Shown here in pieces: positions 12,860-27,199 of a DNA stretch of 64,000 bases. Each line of letters opens with the position of its first letter. Within the stretch, counting starts at the first letter, position 1. Origin of the DNA: the human T2T-CHM13v2.0 reference genome, Homo sapiens. The position numbers and the translations under genes were made by a program. The stretch lies in NCBI RefSeq assembly GCF_009914755.1, contig NC_060926.1. One strand, 5' to 3'. The notes below the pieces were generated by a model. The model did not search any database. It was not told the DNA's origin and saw only the letters and a list, made by a program, of their open reading frames with translations.

Positions 12860-15800
12860 TATGTAGTAATACTATATATAATATACTACCCAGAATTGTA
12901 TGAAATGCTGAGAAATGGCTAAAGAGTTCTAAATATCTTTGAGCTACATTATGTTTTAAAATAAGGCAGATCATCTACCATTTTCTCTGTGAAAACTTTT
13001 AATATATCTTAAAATAGCAATAAAGTAAAGACACAGGAAACTTCCTGGGGATTAAGGGCTGGCTAGAATTAAAGGCCAAATGCTTTCAACAACTTCTAAT
13101 CAAAGATGAATCCTCAGGAAATGCCTTGTATCCTCATGATTATTGTTTAATTAAAGTTCCTTACTTGCATTTAATCTGCTACCTCTTTATGGTTTGTTAA
13201 TTATTAATCTTGAGGCCTCTGTGATAAATGGCCTTTCTCCTTGACTTCGTTTTCATACACTTGCCCCATTCCTAAACACGTGTACTTGGGGAAAAATTAA
13301 TGAATCCTAAAACACCCTACAAAATGTACATATTAATTTATTTCTTAACTGTAGAATAGTATATTTATTTCAATGGTATTTAAAGCAAAATGCAAGTAAA
13401 ACTCTGCTGACCTCCATCCTGTAAATAACATCCTTGCCTAGTATAATAACAATATCATTTTTAAATCATCTTGAATACAAATTGCTTCTCCTATATAATT
13501 GTTTTTATAACTGTAAGAAAAAGAGCTAAAAGACAACAACCAAGGCAATTTATTTTATGTTTTTGAGAAATGAAAATCCTGACAGCTACTGAATAATTTA
13601 CTCTCATCTGAATACCGACTGTAAATTTTATGTATGAGGAATGGGAATGATTTGTTTTCAAACTACAGGTAATATGAGTTTTCTTCCAGCCTCTCAGCAG
13701 TTGAATTTCCTTTGAGTGCTTAAAAATGCCAAGCCATCTTTAAGGTGTTTCCTTTGCAACTTGCCTCTTGTAAGAAATGCTAACATATGAGGGAAATAGT
13801 ATACATATATGGTTTATTGCTTGAGAGTATTATTAGCAGCTGCTTTTTAAATGTATTCTTTAAAAAAATGTAGGTTGTAATCCTTTCCACTGAAACCTAG
13901 GAGTAGCTAAATAATGAGGCTAAGCTCAGGAAATGTCAGAGGAAGGTGCATCCTGGGAGTGTGTTAGTCCATCACTTTCAGGAAGGGACAATCTAGTCTT
14001 CTGTCAAGTTGGTCTGTTCAGGCTTTCTCCATGTGGCAAGCTTCCTCCGATTCATGCCTCTGTAAGTAGTTATAGTTCAAATAGGAGTGGCTGTCCTAGG
14101 TTTCAAACTCCCCTTCTAGGAAAATGTTTCCATCATTCACCATTTCCTACAATTGTTATACCTCAAGCTGAAAAAGCTATGCCTAGCTGGGAAAAGGCGG
14201 GATTCTGGAACTCTCCTTTTCCGGTCTATCACCTGAATTAAAGCCAGAGGGAGGGGAAAGGGATATAGCACATCATGATATCTCCACTGAAATGGAATTT
14301 TACAAAAAGTTTTAGAAACGTACAGCTGATTCCTGAATGCATGCTTTAATTTGCATAGACATAGAACTAACTAGGAAATTTGGTATTTCCAAAGTTAGGT
14401 TTATAATACTCTTGACATTTTTTCACTCCACCCCACCTTTCTTACATATTTGTAGCATTCTAAGTTACTTTATTTGAAAGTAATTAAACAGAGCTACGGT
14501 GGGATCACATTCTTTCTTTTTCCTCTTGACAAATGAAAGCCCAGCTCAATGGCTGTCCAGCTGATAGCCTGCAATATGGAGTCTGAGCTGGACTGTTAAA
14601 AAGAGTGTTTGCACATTTCCTGGGCACTCTGGACTCACCTGTTTTTTCTGCAGTATTTGTTGATAAAATTGAGGTTTAAAAAAACAGTAGTCCATGAATT
14701 CTTCCCAGTTATCTTCTATCATAGGAATTTTCATAGGCTGCTTTGTAGGCATTTTTCAAACCTCTATCCATCACCTCCCATAAGGACACCACACTATCAT
14801 ATTATCCAAGAAAAAAAGACTTCTTATTTTCCATCAGAATGAAAATAATCTTTAAATCAAGGATAACCCTTGATATAATGCCAGTGTAAATTCATAGCAT
14901 CCATGCTTTCTCCCAGAATAAAAATAGAAAATGATATAAGATTAAAGGTTTTATGTTATTGTTATAGCAAGTGGGAATTCTAAAGAATAAATATTCTTAC
15001 TGTGGTTATAATAACTTCTTTTCATGGGCAATTTTCACATGTAGGTAAAACTTAAAAGATTGTATGCTTATGTTCATAGCATCTACAACATAGACTAATA
15101 ATGTTCACCCACATACAACACTAGAAAATTGCACGTAAAATTGCAGCAAAGATAAATTGCCTAGAAAATTCTTTAAGAATTTTTTGCCCCTTTTAAAGAT
15201 AGAAGGGAAGAAAATCGTCCTTTCTGACTTACTCATTCTCCTAGTGTTGAGTATATTAGATAAAATTATCAGTTGTGCAAAATTATCGGAGAGGAAAACG
15301 TAAACATCTCTAGGCAGTTCTCAAACTGTCTTCTTTTAGTTAAATATGGACACAAAACTATTAAATAGTTTTAAAAAGTATTTAAACTCTGTTTTTCTGT
15401 CCCTCTTCCTAGTTGCCTTTTTTTGATGTTTCAGAGATTTTTTTTTTTAAGTATATGTTATTTGCCATTTCTCTTATCTCTCTTTGTGAAATTAAACAGT
15501 TTTTTCCACAAAGAGTTGTTTTGTTTAAACCACTCATGGGTGCAGGAGGGGACATGAGCAGTTTTGATGCAATTCTCATATTCAGTCGCTACTTTTGGAA
15601 GTGTCTCCAGCCACCAAGGAGGGACTCTAGAGGAATGTCCAAAGCTGCTGTCCTTCCTCTTCTGCTGAGGCTCTCTGTGCCACTGGCCAGCAGGGTGCAG
15701 TGTCTTTCTTGGCTTTAGCTTTATTTTTCAAGATATTTTCTGGCCTCATCAGGGTCACTTTTTTTATTGTCAGCCAGCTTCTGAACTCTCAGGAACAGAC

Positions 15801-15882
15801 AACCTCACAAACAAAATGATATTATGAAAAACAGACCCCAGATATTGGCACATCAGCAAAACAGATGGGGATTTGGGAAAGC

Positions 15883-15909
15883 AAAAAAAAAAAAAAAAAA
15901 AAAAAAAAA
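15883..15909. repeat. Poly(A) run (A27)
   Basis: Read directly; no attached SINE/LINE body recognised. Confidence 0.9.
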
Positions 15910-16309
15910 GGAAAAAACTTCTTTGGAAAGATTGCCATTTCTCTACTATATACAAAATGTTGCTCCATACTCTACTATCCAAAGCATTACGAATTTTAAC
16001 TTAAACAAGAGAATTCTAATGCAATTACATTAAAAGAGAACATGTTGCATAAGTCAATAGAAGGGATCCAATTGTAAGATTTTAAAGAATTTGCTTGTCA
16101 AAGTCTCTGGATTACTGGTTATGAACTTTTGTCTAACAACTTCAGAGGCTCAGCAAATTTAAATAACTGAAACAAAATTTATTAATAAGAATTGTTTATA
16201 TAAACTTTAAAGACTTTTTTTGATTAAAATCCTTAGTCTTTCTAACTAACCTAAGTTTAAAATGATTGATTAAAGAAATGTGAAATTAAATTTTTTTCCC
16301 AACATTGAG

Positions 16310-16550
16310 ATCTAACATTTATAGAACGTTTACAATGGGGGAGACACTATATTTGTAAACATCTGAATTATCCCATTTAAGCCTCAAAATAACCCTATAA
16401 TAAAGATAATTTGATCATCTCATATTTTAAAAGATGGAGAAACTGAGAAGTATGCAACGTGGTCCAGCTCACACAGCTAGTTCATGGTGGAGCTGGACTG
16501 GGCTCCTGGCAGTCTGATTCCAGTCAGTGCTCTTAGCTACTAGACCTTAC
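16310..16550 (-). mobile_element. MIR SINE
   Basis: MIR core TTTTAAAAGATGGAGAAACTGAG..CACACAGCTAGT..GGCAGTCTGATTCCAG..GCTCTTAGCTACTA. Confidence 0.85.
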
Positions 16551-16582
16551 TAACTCCCGTTTCATTCAGTCCCTCTTGATGC

Positions 16583-16765
16583 CTGTGGTTCTCAACTTTG
16601 ATTACACACTAAATAATTGAAGATTTAAAAATAATACCAATGCCCAAGTCTTATTTCAGAGCCATTAAGTCAGAATTTCTGTAGTGGGGAGATTTCATCT
16701 GGGCGTTAGTAACTTTTTAAAAATTGGGATTATTCTGAATTGCAATCAAGATTTAGAACTGCTGT
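16583..16765. mobile_element. MER5-type hAT-Charlie MITE
   Basis: TIR-like ends CTGTGGTTCTCAA..TTAGAACTGCTG and internal AAGTCAGAATTTCTG. Confidence 0.7.
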
Positions 16766-16838
16766 TTAAACCAACAATTGTTTCAGGCAGTGAGGCTACA
16801 AGATGAAAATGATAAAAAGTTCCTTCCCTCATAGGGGA

Positions 16839-17205
16839 GTGTATTCATTTCCTGTGGCTGGTGTAACAAATTATCACCAACTGAGTGGCTTAAAACAACA
16901 GAAATTTATTTTCTCACAGTTTTTGATGCCAGAAGTCTGAGATCAAGGTTATGGCAGGGCTATTCTCTCTTGGGAGGCTCTAGGGGAGAGTTCATTTCTT
17001 GTCTCTTCCAGCTTCTGGTGGCTGCCAGCAGTCTTTGGCTTGTGGCCACACATGTGATTGCATTTAAGGCTCACCTGGATAATCTCCCCACCCAAAGATC
17101 CTTATTTAATTACTGTGCAAAGACCCTTTTTCTAAATAAAGTAACATTTACAGGTTGCAGAAATTAGGATTTGATATACTTGAGTGGCTATTATTCAACC
17201 TACTA
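16839..17205 (-). mobile_element. MaLR solo LTR (MLT1C-like)
   Basis: TGTATTCATTTCCTGTGGCTGGTGTAACAAATTATCAC..GGCTTAAAACAACAGAAATTTATT..CTCTTCCAGCTTCTGGTGGCTGCC..ATTCAACCTACTA. Confidence 0.85.
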
Positions 17206-19262
17206 GAAGGAGTTGAACAACTGGAGAGAGAATTTAAACATAGATTAAACATGCTATTAAGATAATGATGATATTTATAATAGTTCCAGAGAAGTTAGGG
17301 AGACAAAAGGAATCCACACTTTAACCAAAGGTTTTTTAGTTTACTCACCTGATAGTCTCTTAATACAGATTACTCTCCATTTGTAAAGGCTATGCTTTAA
17401 AGTGACTATTACTTCCCAGGTTTAATTTTTATTTTAAAACAGTGGATCTCAAATTTTATCATGAATCAGGATTATTGATCTGGGATGGGGTAATGGCAAA
17501 GAATGGATATTTGACTCATTTATGGTTATTTAATAATTTAATGATCTGGTGAAAAGGGTGAGAATATGTATATATGTATGACATTTTTATAAAATATTCT
17601 TTTATCCTTGGGTTATTAATATCTAATTTTTTATAATGCTTATTAACTCTTACAAAAATCATAATTCTTAAGAGGTAATACAGATGTATTATAGAATGTT
17701 CAATGCCAGTACTTTTTTCAAGCTAAATATATCTGTAAATATTTGTTTATCGATTCAAACTTTTTAAAAAACAAAAATGCCATTTTAAATAGTAGATCTC
17801 TTGGAGCTTACCGAAGCTATTGTTGAGCATTTGGAATTGCCTAGAAATTGACAATAGATTTTTCTAATAAAAATGTGACTAATGATGTAAAACCTTCTCA
17901 CTTCCAAAATTAATCTGCAGTTCAATGTAAAGACCACAACTTTAGGAAAGAGTATAACTCTGCAACTGGCCAGCAAAGTTGCTTATCCTTATCGATCACA
18001 TGGGATTAACAGTATTTATTCTTAGAATTTTTGTGAGGATTAAATGAGAGTACATACTTAAAGTTTCCAGCACAGAACCTAACCTGGATTTGATTCTTAA
18101 AAAAAAAAAAAAAAATTGTCAATTGTAGAAAAGGTCAATAGTTGCAGGGTCACAAGAAATAATTCACAAGTTCTAAGGATGTTCATTTCTTGTTGGAATT
18201 GTTAGCATCTCACACAATCTTAGAGGTCTCTAAATAGATATTAGATATTGATTATAATTAGTTCTTGAACAGAGGATCAGAGTAATGAAGTCATTGGTTC
18301 TACAAAGGTTTATGTCTTAATGAGTTTAGACATAATTTGACTTTGTTCTGCATAGAAAGCCCAAGTACACACTGTGAACTCTTTCTTACTGAATTTCACT
18401 GATATAGATCTTCTATTCAAATTTTTATGGTTATTTTAAACACTACATGTATGCTCTAAGTCATGAGTTAGAATCCAAATCTAGCCACAATCATGGACAT
18501 AAAGAATATCACGTTTTCAATTTTATTTTCTATGCCATCCAAAAACACTGTAGCAGATTTAATTTTATTTTTCAATAAAATGTATTTGATCAGCAAAATA
18601 AAATAATCTAAGAAACATTAACTTTATAAACATACAAATGATCTTTACCCTGTGCTCAAAGCATTTTATTTCCTGAGAGTTACTGAACAATGTTTTCAGG
18701 CAATTTTAAATGAATTCACTTCACATAATATTGAATCTAGACTCTTTTCCAATGTATACAATGTTATATATTCTGAAGGGAAAATGACATTATTTTGATA
18801 CATTTCATTTTAAGACTTAGTTCAGAAATTTTGTTTTGTACTATATGCATTTTGAATGTCTTAAGCATAGAGAAAAAAATTGAATGTTCTACTAGGGCAG
18901 ATATTTAAGCATCTGAAGTTTAATCCAATTGTTAAATGCACAGGTTTAAGCATTACTTCTGAGAAAATAAAGGTATAGATTTACAAAGGCATAGATTTAC
19001 AAAGGTAAAGGCATCAAATTCTCAAATTTTCTCCAGAAGGAGAACTTCTTACATAATGTAACACATTTTATTTAGAAATAAAATAAGTTGCCTAATTTCA
19101 CTCACTGGAAGTGACGTAGCCAGGATTCAGTACATAAGTACCTTAGACTTTGGGATGCTCGCTCTTAACTACTTTAGTCTATATATCTTTTTCTTAAAGC
19201 CCTCAACTTGTGGCATTTATCTTACTAGATTTACTTTCACCATTTTTATATTGTTATAAACA

Positions 19263-19264
<2 letters not shown>

Positions 19265-19307
<43 letters not shown>
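19265..19307. repeat. (TG)21 microsatellite
   Basis: Pure TG run. Confidence 0.98.
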
Positions 19308-19311
<4 letters not shown>

Positions 19312-19552
19312 CTGAGATCTCACTTGCCTTTTCTTTTAAATTTTACCACTATCAACCTTTTATTTTCACTTCATTTACCTTAAAATTTTTGTTTGTCTAC
19401 TTTTGTCCCCCCCCATGTTATTAGGCTATAGGAAACAACATTTCATGTGATTCATTAGAGAACATTTAATAGTTATTTAATAATAATCATAAAAGTAGAA
19501 CCCTGAAGAATAAATGGGTCTTTATATAAAACATAAATATCTAAAAATAAGA

Positions 19553-19851
19553 AAATAGTTATGTAATCTGTATTGATGGATATATATATATATATATAAA
19601 ATGGCTGAGGCATGGAGGGGATTTAATTAATGGCCATTATATATATATATATATGTATATATCCATAAACACAGATTTATAATTATTGCTTTATGAATTT
19701 ATCTTTTAAACTGGACAGGAGATTTTAAAGAGTTACAAACAAAGCACACATATTGTGAATTCTCTCAGTTTTTATCTGTAAATTTCTTACTTAATTATGG
19801 ATATATATATATATATAATGGTTAAGACATGGAGGGGATTTAATTAATGGC
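19553..19851. repeat. Local inverted repeat plus ~55 bp direct duplication
   Basis: Arms 19553-19605 and 19633-19687 are near reverse complements. The unit ATGG(AT)nAATGG..CATGGAGGGGATTTAATTAATGGC occurs at 19577-19634 and again at 19797-19851. Confidence 0.9.
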
Positions 19852-20649
19852 TTTTGATTAAAAGGGCAGTAACTAGAAATTTAAAAGTAATGTGAAAAAT
19901 AAACACACACAAAAACCTTATAAACCATTATGAATACCATGGGAACAAAATAAAGTATTGGGAAAAATGGCAATGAGGAGGTAGAATGCTTTTATCTGAA
20001 AATTAGCTGAACATTTAAGGTATATGATCATAAAAGGAACAATCTCAATTAAAAAACAAAAATCTTCATGTATTGATAATATGATGTATATTGGTAAAAT
20101 ATTTATAATCTTGGTACAATTCTATTTTTGTTAAAATTTGAGGGATAACACAAAAGTTATAAACAATTTAAAACTTGAATATAAACTCAATAAATTGGAA
20201 TTTTATTTGAAGTGTTAACATTGTTTATAATTGCATAATTTTATCCTTTGCTCCATGTAATTTGAAAAATAATTATCCTTCAGGATTTTATAAATAATAA
20301 GGGGTATGCAATTTTAAATCAAAGGACGTTCTCAAGGCACCTCACCCTTACTTTAGTATTCATGAGTAAGTAATTATACAAATGTTGTTGAATGAGCTTA
20401 GATAATTTACTAAAATCAAGAAAATTACTGCCAAAAAGTAATTAGTATTTCCAATGCTAAATGAAATAAAAGTGTCTTTTTCAAATATTGTTTCATATTC
20501 AGAAAGTCAGGTTTCACCTTGGAAAATACATTTAGGATATGATTTATTTATTAAGAAATTGACCAAGCTCAAACTCATTAATTTGGTCATTGGGAATGAC
20601 AGAATAAGAACCTTTCAAAAATCTGCTCCTCCATAAAAAAAAAAAAAAA

Positions 20650-23600
20650 ATGGCAGTACTATCAAAGTAGTCAAAATATAGTTTTCCATAACTCTAGAAA
20701 TTAATTGAAGTCTTAGAATAATTAGAGGAGTATTTATTCAAGAAAAATGGCTGGGTCTTGATAAGACCTCAAGCTTTGTGGTAGTTTAACTTCCTCTATT
20801 TCCGTCCCACTCTCCCTAGCTTGATCACAATCTTGAAAATCAATAGCTCTGCAATGGAGGTAGAAAATAGCTTATCGATCACTGCAGTGAGTAGAACAGA
20901 TTTGGAGATCCTCCAAAGCATTATTCTCAATTAATTGTCATTAATTTTCTGGAGGTTCCCTGAAAACCCTTACTCACAGGACTTGTCCTTATTTTACCTG
21001 AATCAGCACTTATTCATTGCAAACAGCATTTTCACTGGAAATATTTGTGAAAAATCAGTGATAATAGTTTGACATTGTAGCTGCCTGAGGCGGAGCTATC
21101 AGGTGGGCAAATAAGAAGCTGACCAGAAATATTAAAAAGAAGAACTGGGGAAGGAGATGTTGTCATAGGTGTCTTTAGCTCTAACATGTTTAGAGCTGTC
21201 TAAACTTCTAAGTATTAAAGAGACACCCCAATACACATGCAGAGCCTGAGAAAACTGATTGGTTTGAGTAATTTAAGGATTTTTCTGTTCAAAAATTGGC
21301 TGACCACTAAGTTAATTGAGCAGAGATATCAGTGGCCAGTTTGGTAAAGAATATAGATTTTACAGAATTAGTCCAGGGAAGTCACTAAACAAACAACAAC
21401 AACAAATGACAACACAGGAATAACAACAATACACCCTTGAGAAGGGGGCTCTAATTTCCAGAGTTGCCATGTTATATTATTTTAAATGCCCAGTTTTCAA
21501 AAAAATTATGAGACATGCAAATAAGAAACAATGGCCTCTACACAAGAATAAAGAAGTAGTAAATACAAACTATTTTTGAGGAAGCTGTGTTAGACTTACT
21601 AGTTAAATATTTTAAATTAACTATTTTTAATATGTTCAAAAACTAAGGGAATCCATGTCTAAGAATTGAAGGAAAATGTGTAAGCAATGTCTCCTCAAAT
21701 TTAGAATACTAATAAACACTAGAGTTGAAAAGTACAATAATTGAAATGAATTCACGAGAGGTACTGAAGCAGATTTGAGTTGTCAGAAAGAGTCAGCAAA
21801 CTTGAATATTGGTCCATTGAGATCATCCACCTTGAGGAACAAACAGAAAAGAAATGAATAAAAATTAAGCAAGCCTTAGAGACTTATGTGACACCATAAA
21901 ATGTACAAACATATGCACAATGTAAATTCTAGAAGGAGCAGAGGTGGGGAAAAAGAGGCAAAATAATATTTCAAGAAATAATCATTAAAAACTTTCAAAA
22001 TTTTATAAAAAACAGCAACCTACACAGCCAGGAAAGCCCATGAACTCCAAGTAGAATATACTAAAAGATATTCAGATCTAGGCATATAATAATCAAACTA
22101 TAGAAAGAGAAAGAGAACTTTGAAAGCAGCAAGAGAGCAGCAACTCATCAACATGAGAATCCTAAATTGGATTTAACAGCTGATTTCTCATCAGAATCCA
22201 TGGAGGTAATAAGGCACTGATGTGACACATTTAAAGTAAATTTTTAATGATTGTCAACCAAGAATTCTAAGTCCATTGAAACCGTTATTCAAAAGTGAAG
22301 GAAAAAGTAAGAAATTTACAGATTAAAACTGAGAGAATTCACCCTGCAATACTAGAAGACACCCTAAAATAATTTCTTAGAAAACTCTTAACTAAAAGGG
22401 AGTCCTTCACATTTCAAGGAAAGGACACTAAAAAGTAAATTGAATTCACATGAGAAAATAAAGAGCATCAGTAAAGGTAACTATAAGGGAAACATAAAGT
22501 ACAATATGTGTGTTTTGTTTGTAACTCTTTAAAATCTCCTATCTAGTTTAAAAGACAAATTCATAAAGCAATAATTATAAACTTGTGTTGATGGATATAT
22601 ACATAAATTTATATGACAGAAACACAAAGGAACAGGAAATAAATGGAGACATATAGAACCAAAGTTTTTGTATATTACTGAAGTTAAGTTGGTATTAATT
22701 CAAACTAGAGGGTTATTGGTTAAAATATTAATTGTAATCCCAGGGAAACCACAAAAAGCTCAAAAAATGTATAAAAAATGACAAGATAGGTTAGAAAATA
22801 TTTAATATAAAATAAAGCATTAGTGGAGGATAGAGAAACAAAAAATAAAAAAGCCACAGAAAACAAATAGTAAAATAGCCGATGTAAATCTTATCAATAA
22901 GTATATTAAGTATAAATAGATTAATTATTCCATCTAAAGGCAGAAATTGGCATAACAGATTAAAAAAACATGATCTAACTATATATCCTCTATAGGAGAT
23001 TTACTTTAGATTCAAAGACTCAAATAGATTATATGTAAAAGGATAGAAAAATATACTCCAAGCAAATAGTAAACAAAGAAGAGCTTGAGTGGCTATATTA
23101 ATCTAAGATAAAATAGACTTTAGACACAATTATTGTAAGAGATAAGGATGTTGATAATGATAGAAGGCTCAATCCACCAAGAACATACAGCAATAAAAAC
23201 ATATATCAACCAAAAAACAGTGCCTTATGATAGCAACCTTAAGAGAACTGGAATAACTAACTATATCAGAAAAATTGACTTTAAACAAGAAATGTTATTA
23301 TAGAGAAGAGCAGATATTTCATAATGATAAAAAGCTCAATCTATCAAGAATGAGCAAGAATTTACATATATGGCTCTAACAACAACTCTAATATACATGC
23401 AGCAAAATACTACACAACTGAATGGAGAAATAGACAATTCAGCTATAATAGTTATACACTTCAGTATTCCATTTATAATAATGGATAGAACAAATAGACA
23501 AGGGATGAACAATTAAATACAATACTGGAATAACACCATAGACCAACTAGACCTAACAGACGTCTGTAGAATGCCCAACAACCACAGAATATACATCTGT

Positions 23601-25110
23601 CTAAAGTGTACATGGAACATTCTCTAGTATAGACCATATGTTTAGCCATAAAACAAATATAAAAAATATAAAATGATTGAAATAACACAAAGCACATTAC
23701 CTGAATAGAAGGGAATAAAATTAGAAACCAATAATGGAAAGGATTTGGGAAATTTATAAATACGTAAAAATTAACTTTGAGGTGAATATAAAAGATAATA
23801 AAACATACCAAAACTTACAGGACACAGCTAAAGTAGTGCTTAGAGAAAAATTTATACCTGAAAATGCCTTTCCTAAAAAAGAGAAAAAGATCTTAAATCT
23901 ATAACCTAAGCAGCCACCTTAATAAATTAAAAAAGTGACCATAAACTAAACCCTCCAAAAGTAGACAAAAGTAAGAATTAGTAGTGGAAATAAATAAGAT
24001 AGAAATATTTTACAAGTAGCAAAAAGAAATGAAACCAGAATTTGGTTCCTTAAAAAGATCACCAAAATTGACAAATTTCTAGCTAGATTTACCAAGAAAC
24101 AAATAGAAAATACTTAAATTACTAAAATCAGTAATGAAAGAGAGGAGTTATTACAGAAATAAAAAGAATTATGAGAGAATACTATGAACCATTGTATGAT
24201 AATGCTTTAGATAACTTAGATGAAGTGGAAAATTCCTAGAAAGAAACTACAAAAACTGACTCAAGAAAAGATAGTAATTCTAAATAGTCCTACAAGAATT
24301 AAACTGACCCACCTACCCCCTTTCCCCGCCCAAACAAAACCATCACAGATGGCTTAACTGATCAGTTCTACCAAATTTTAACCAAGATTTAATATCCATC
24401 CTTCATAAACTCTTATGAAAAATAGGAGAAGAGAATATTTCCGAACTTGTTTTATGAGATCAATATTACTCTGATACTTAAACCAGACAAAGACACCATG
24501 AGAAAACTATGGACAAATATCCTCTGTGAATATAGATTAAAAAGTCTTCAACAAAATACTAGCAAACCAAATCTGGCAACATGTACATTGTATTACACAA
24601 TATGAAAAAAGTGGGATTTATTTCAGAAGCAAAAGATTGATTCACACATGAAAATCAATCAGTGTAATTCACCATATTAATAGAATAATTAATGAAAGCT
24701 GCGTGCTTATTTAATATATGCAGAAAAGGTATTTAACAGAATCCAATATCCTTTCATAATAAGAACACTCAACAGCCTAGGATCTCCAATGAGGTAAGAG
24801 CATCTACACAAAACCCACAGCTAACAGCATGCTTAATGGTAAAAGATTGAAGATTTCTCCTTAAGATCAGGAACAAGACAAGGATGTACACTCTGACGCG
24901 TTGTATTCAACACTATACTTAAGGTTCTACCCAAGGCAATTAGATAAGAAAATAATGTCATCCAGATTGAAAAGGAAGAAGTAAAATTATTTCTGTATGA
25001 AGATAACATGATTCTAAAAGCCTAAGAAATCCACCAAAAGTGATTAGAACTAATAAGTGAGTTTAGCAAGCTTTTCCAGATACAAGGTCAATATACAGAT
25101 TGTATGCTTA
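20650..25110 (+). mobile_element. Old L1M (L1MC/L1MD/L1M4-type): 5' region, ORF1 and 5' half of ORF2, degenerate
   Basis: A-rich strand bias. ORF1-like AACAGCTGATTTCTCATCAGAA and TGTCAACCAAGAATTCTA. ORF2 EN GTGGCTATATTAATC..GATAAAATAGACTTT. RT region CAACAAAATACTAGCAAAC, GATCAGGAACAAGACAAGGATG, GAAGATAACATGATT (degenerate ADDM). Confidence 0.88.
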
Positions 25111-25339
25111 TGATTTTTTAAGTAAAAGTTTTGTTATAGTAAAAGTGGTAGATCTAAATTCACAAAGTTATAAATGTTATAGATTTGTAAAGAAATTGTG
25201 AGGAATCCATATGTTTGCATACTGTGGAATCATTAAAAATAAGTAGAATCTGTATGCTTACTGAGATACAAAAATTATCAGATTACTGATATTAAGTATA
25301 AACATGTGGTAGATTAATTGCACTTATAGCCCCATTTCT

Positions 25340-25730
25340 TTTCTTTCTGCATTTAATCAATTGTGATGTTCCTTTGCAAAGGGACCCCACCCTTTGTAAT
25401 TTACCTTGGTGAGAGAATTAGGCAGAAGTGTTAGTGTGCCAGTTCTTAGTCTTTAGGTAATTTTGCATAATTCCACTTGCTCCCTCTTGCATGTCTGTGA
25501 TTGCAACCTGAAGAGCATGCTCAGATTAGCTCACACTGGTCTCAATTCACCTCAGCTGAATTCAACCTAGATCCAAAGACTCTAAACCCCAAGAAGAATA
25601 AGCACGCTAAGAGGAGGTTGGCAGAGCTGTTCATCCCTGAGCAGCTGAACCCTGAGATGCTCAAGAAATAAATGTTCATTATGTATGCTACTGAGTTTCT
25701 GAGTGATTTGTATCCCAGAAAAAGCTAAAG
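25340..25730 (+). mobile_element. Old MaLR solo LTR (MLT1G/H/I-like)
   Basis: GGCAGAAGTG..GTGTGCCAGTTCT..AAGAAATAAATGTTCATT..GCTACTGAGTTTCTGAGTGATTTGT..AAAAGCTAA. Confidence 0.6.
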
Positions 25731-27199
25731 CATATGGACCTATTTTAGTAAGAAAAATATGCATATGGTCAAGCATGACAAAACATGTTTAGCGAGGTAA
25801 AGCAAATGATTAACTGTGGTTATTTTAGCATTATGAGTATGAGTAATTTTATTTTTTCTGGATAATCATGTATTATTTTGCTATGGTGGAATTTTCAATA
25901 AAAATGATAATAGGTTAAAATTGTTTATCTTCCTTTTTAAAGGGAATAAATCAGTGTTGAAAGTTTATTACTCCAAATTAAAATTTTTCCTTAGAAAGTT
26001 TGAAATGGTTTCTGACTCTGAGTAAGCTTAAAGTGATAGAAATAAAGGTATATAAATAAACTATTTAATATTATAATGCTTAGATTTAGTGGCTTTTACT
26101 GACTCTATTTTGGGCTATATAAAAATCTGAAAGTATTGTATGGAATTGAAATACAGATTTTAGTTTCCTCTATTTTCTTACCAAAATGTGAATAGTGTGT
26201 TTTTTTGCCATTAAAAATGTTATCCAACTTCTTCATGGATAAAAAGTAATTTTTCCAGGAATATTCTCTTTGAAAAAGTTAAAACAATGTTTTGAAATGC
26301 ACCTACAGTACTTAGTGGATGATATTTGAGACAACGGCAGAATATCTTTGCTTTTGATCTAAAACAGGCGAGATGAATTCATCCATAGCTCTAAAATGTG
26401 CCTTGGGAGCCTTGTAGGTTTTGTAGTGTTAAATTGCTTTCACAGATGACTGTTAAAGTCTGAGAAAATTTAGAAGTTATATTTCACATTTCTCTTTTCC
26501 TCAGTCTTCACATCCAATCCATCAGCAAGTCCTGACGCTACTTTTCTTCACCTCCACTTTTATCATGATATTGTCAAAATATAATTTTTAAAGTTAGAAA
26601 CAGGACTTTCTTACAAATGTCAAGTAAGCATATGCCAAACATTGATTTAAATCATTATTAAAGGAGTCAGCAGGATGATAAAGGTAGTTCAAGGGGCATT
26701 TGGAGAACAGAGACTGTTAGGAAAGGTATACTGAAATAAATTTGCTAGGTTGGGCACAAAACTGGTTAATACCTTGCAGAGCAATAAAGTATAACCTTTC
26801 TTCTGGAAAGAAATTATATATCTCCAATGGACAAAAACTACAAATGAACATATAACATTACAGAGTCCTAGCTTTAATCAATAGTAAACAGCAAAGCAAG
26901 CAAGGGTACATACTAGGGAATTAAATTATTCTTGGGTGATCCTGTTAGATAATGTCCTAGTATGACACTGAAATAACATGCAGATATTATTAGCAATTTT
27001 GGGTAATTTTTTTTAACAGTTCTCCATTGTTATTATAAATAACCTTAATCACAAATAAAGGCCAGCCTTCTGGTGTTTGGGCCTAATTGACACAGATTGG
27101 GAAAAGGTATTAATAACTACATAAACTTTTTTATAGTATGGTCAGCAAGTATAGTCATTCAGTTTTGAGCAACTCTTATCGTCAGAGAATTAATTTCTT

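Noticed and set aside
15413-15790. 101-aa ORF in a GC-richer unique patch
   Set aside because: TTG start, no recognisable homology and no convincing splice sites. It might be regulatory, but nothing in the sequence supports a call.
18969-19014. 16-bp tandem duplication AAAGG(T/C)ATAGATTTAC (similar small duplications at ~4823, 28431, 30614, 43928)
   Set aside because: Ordinary slippage duplications with no spacers, so not a CRISPR-like array.
26575-27195. Possible additional old LTR next to the 27.2 kb LTR
   Set aside because: I could not match it to any consensus with confidence.
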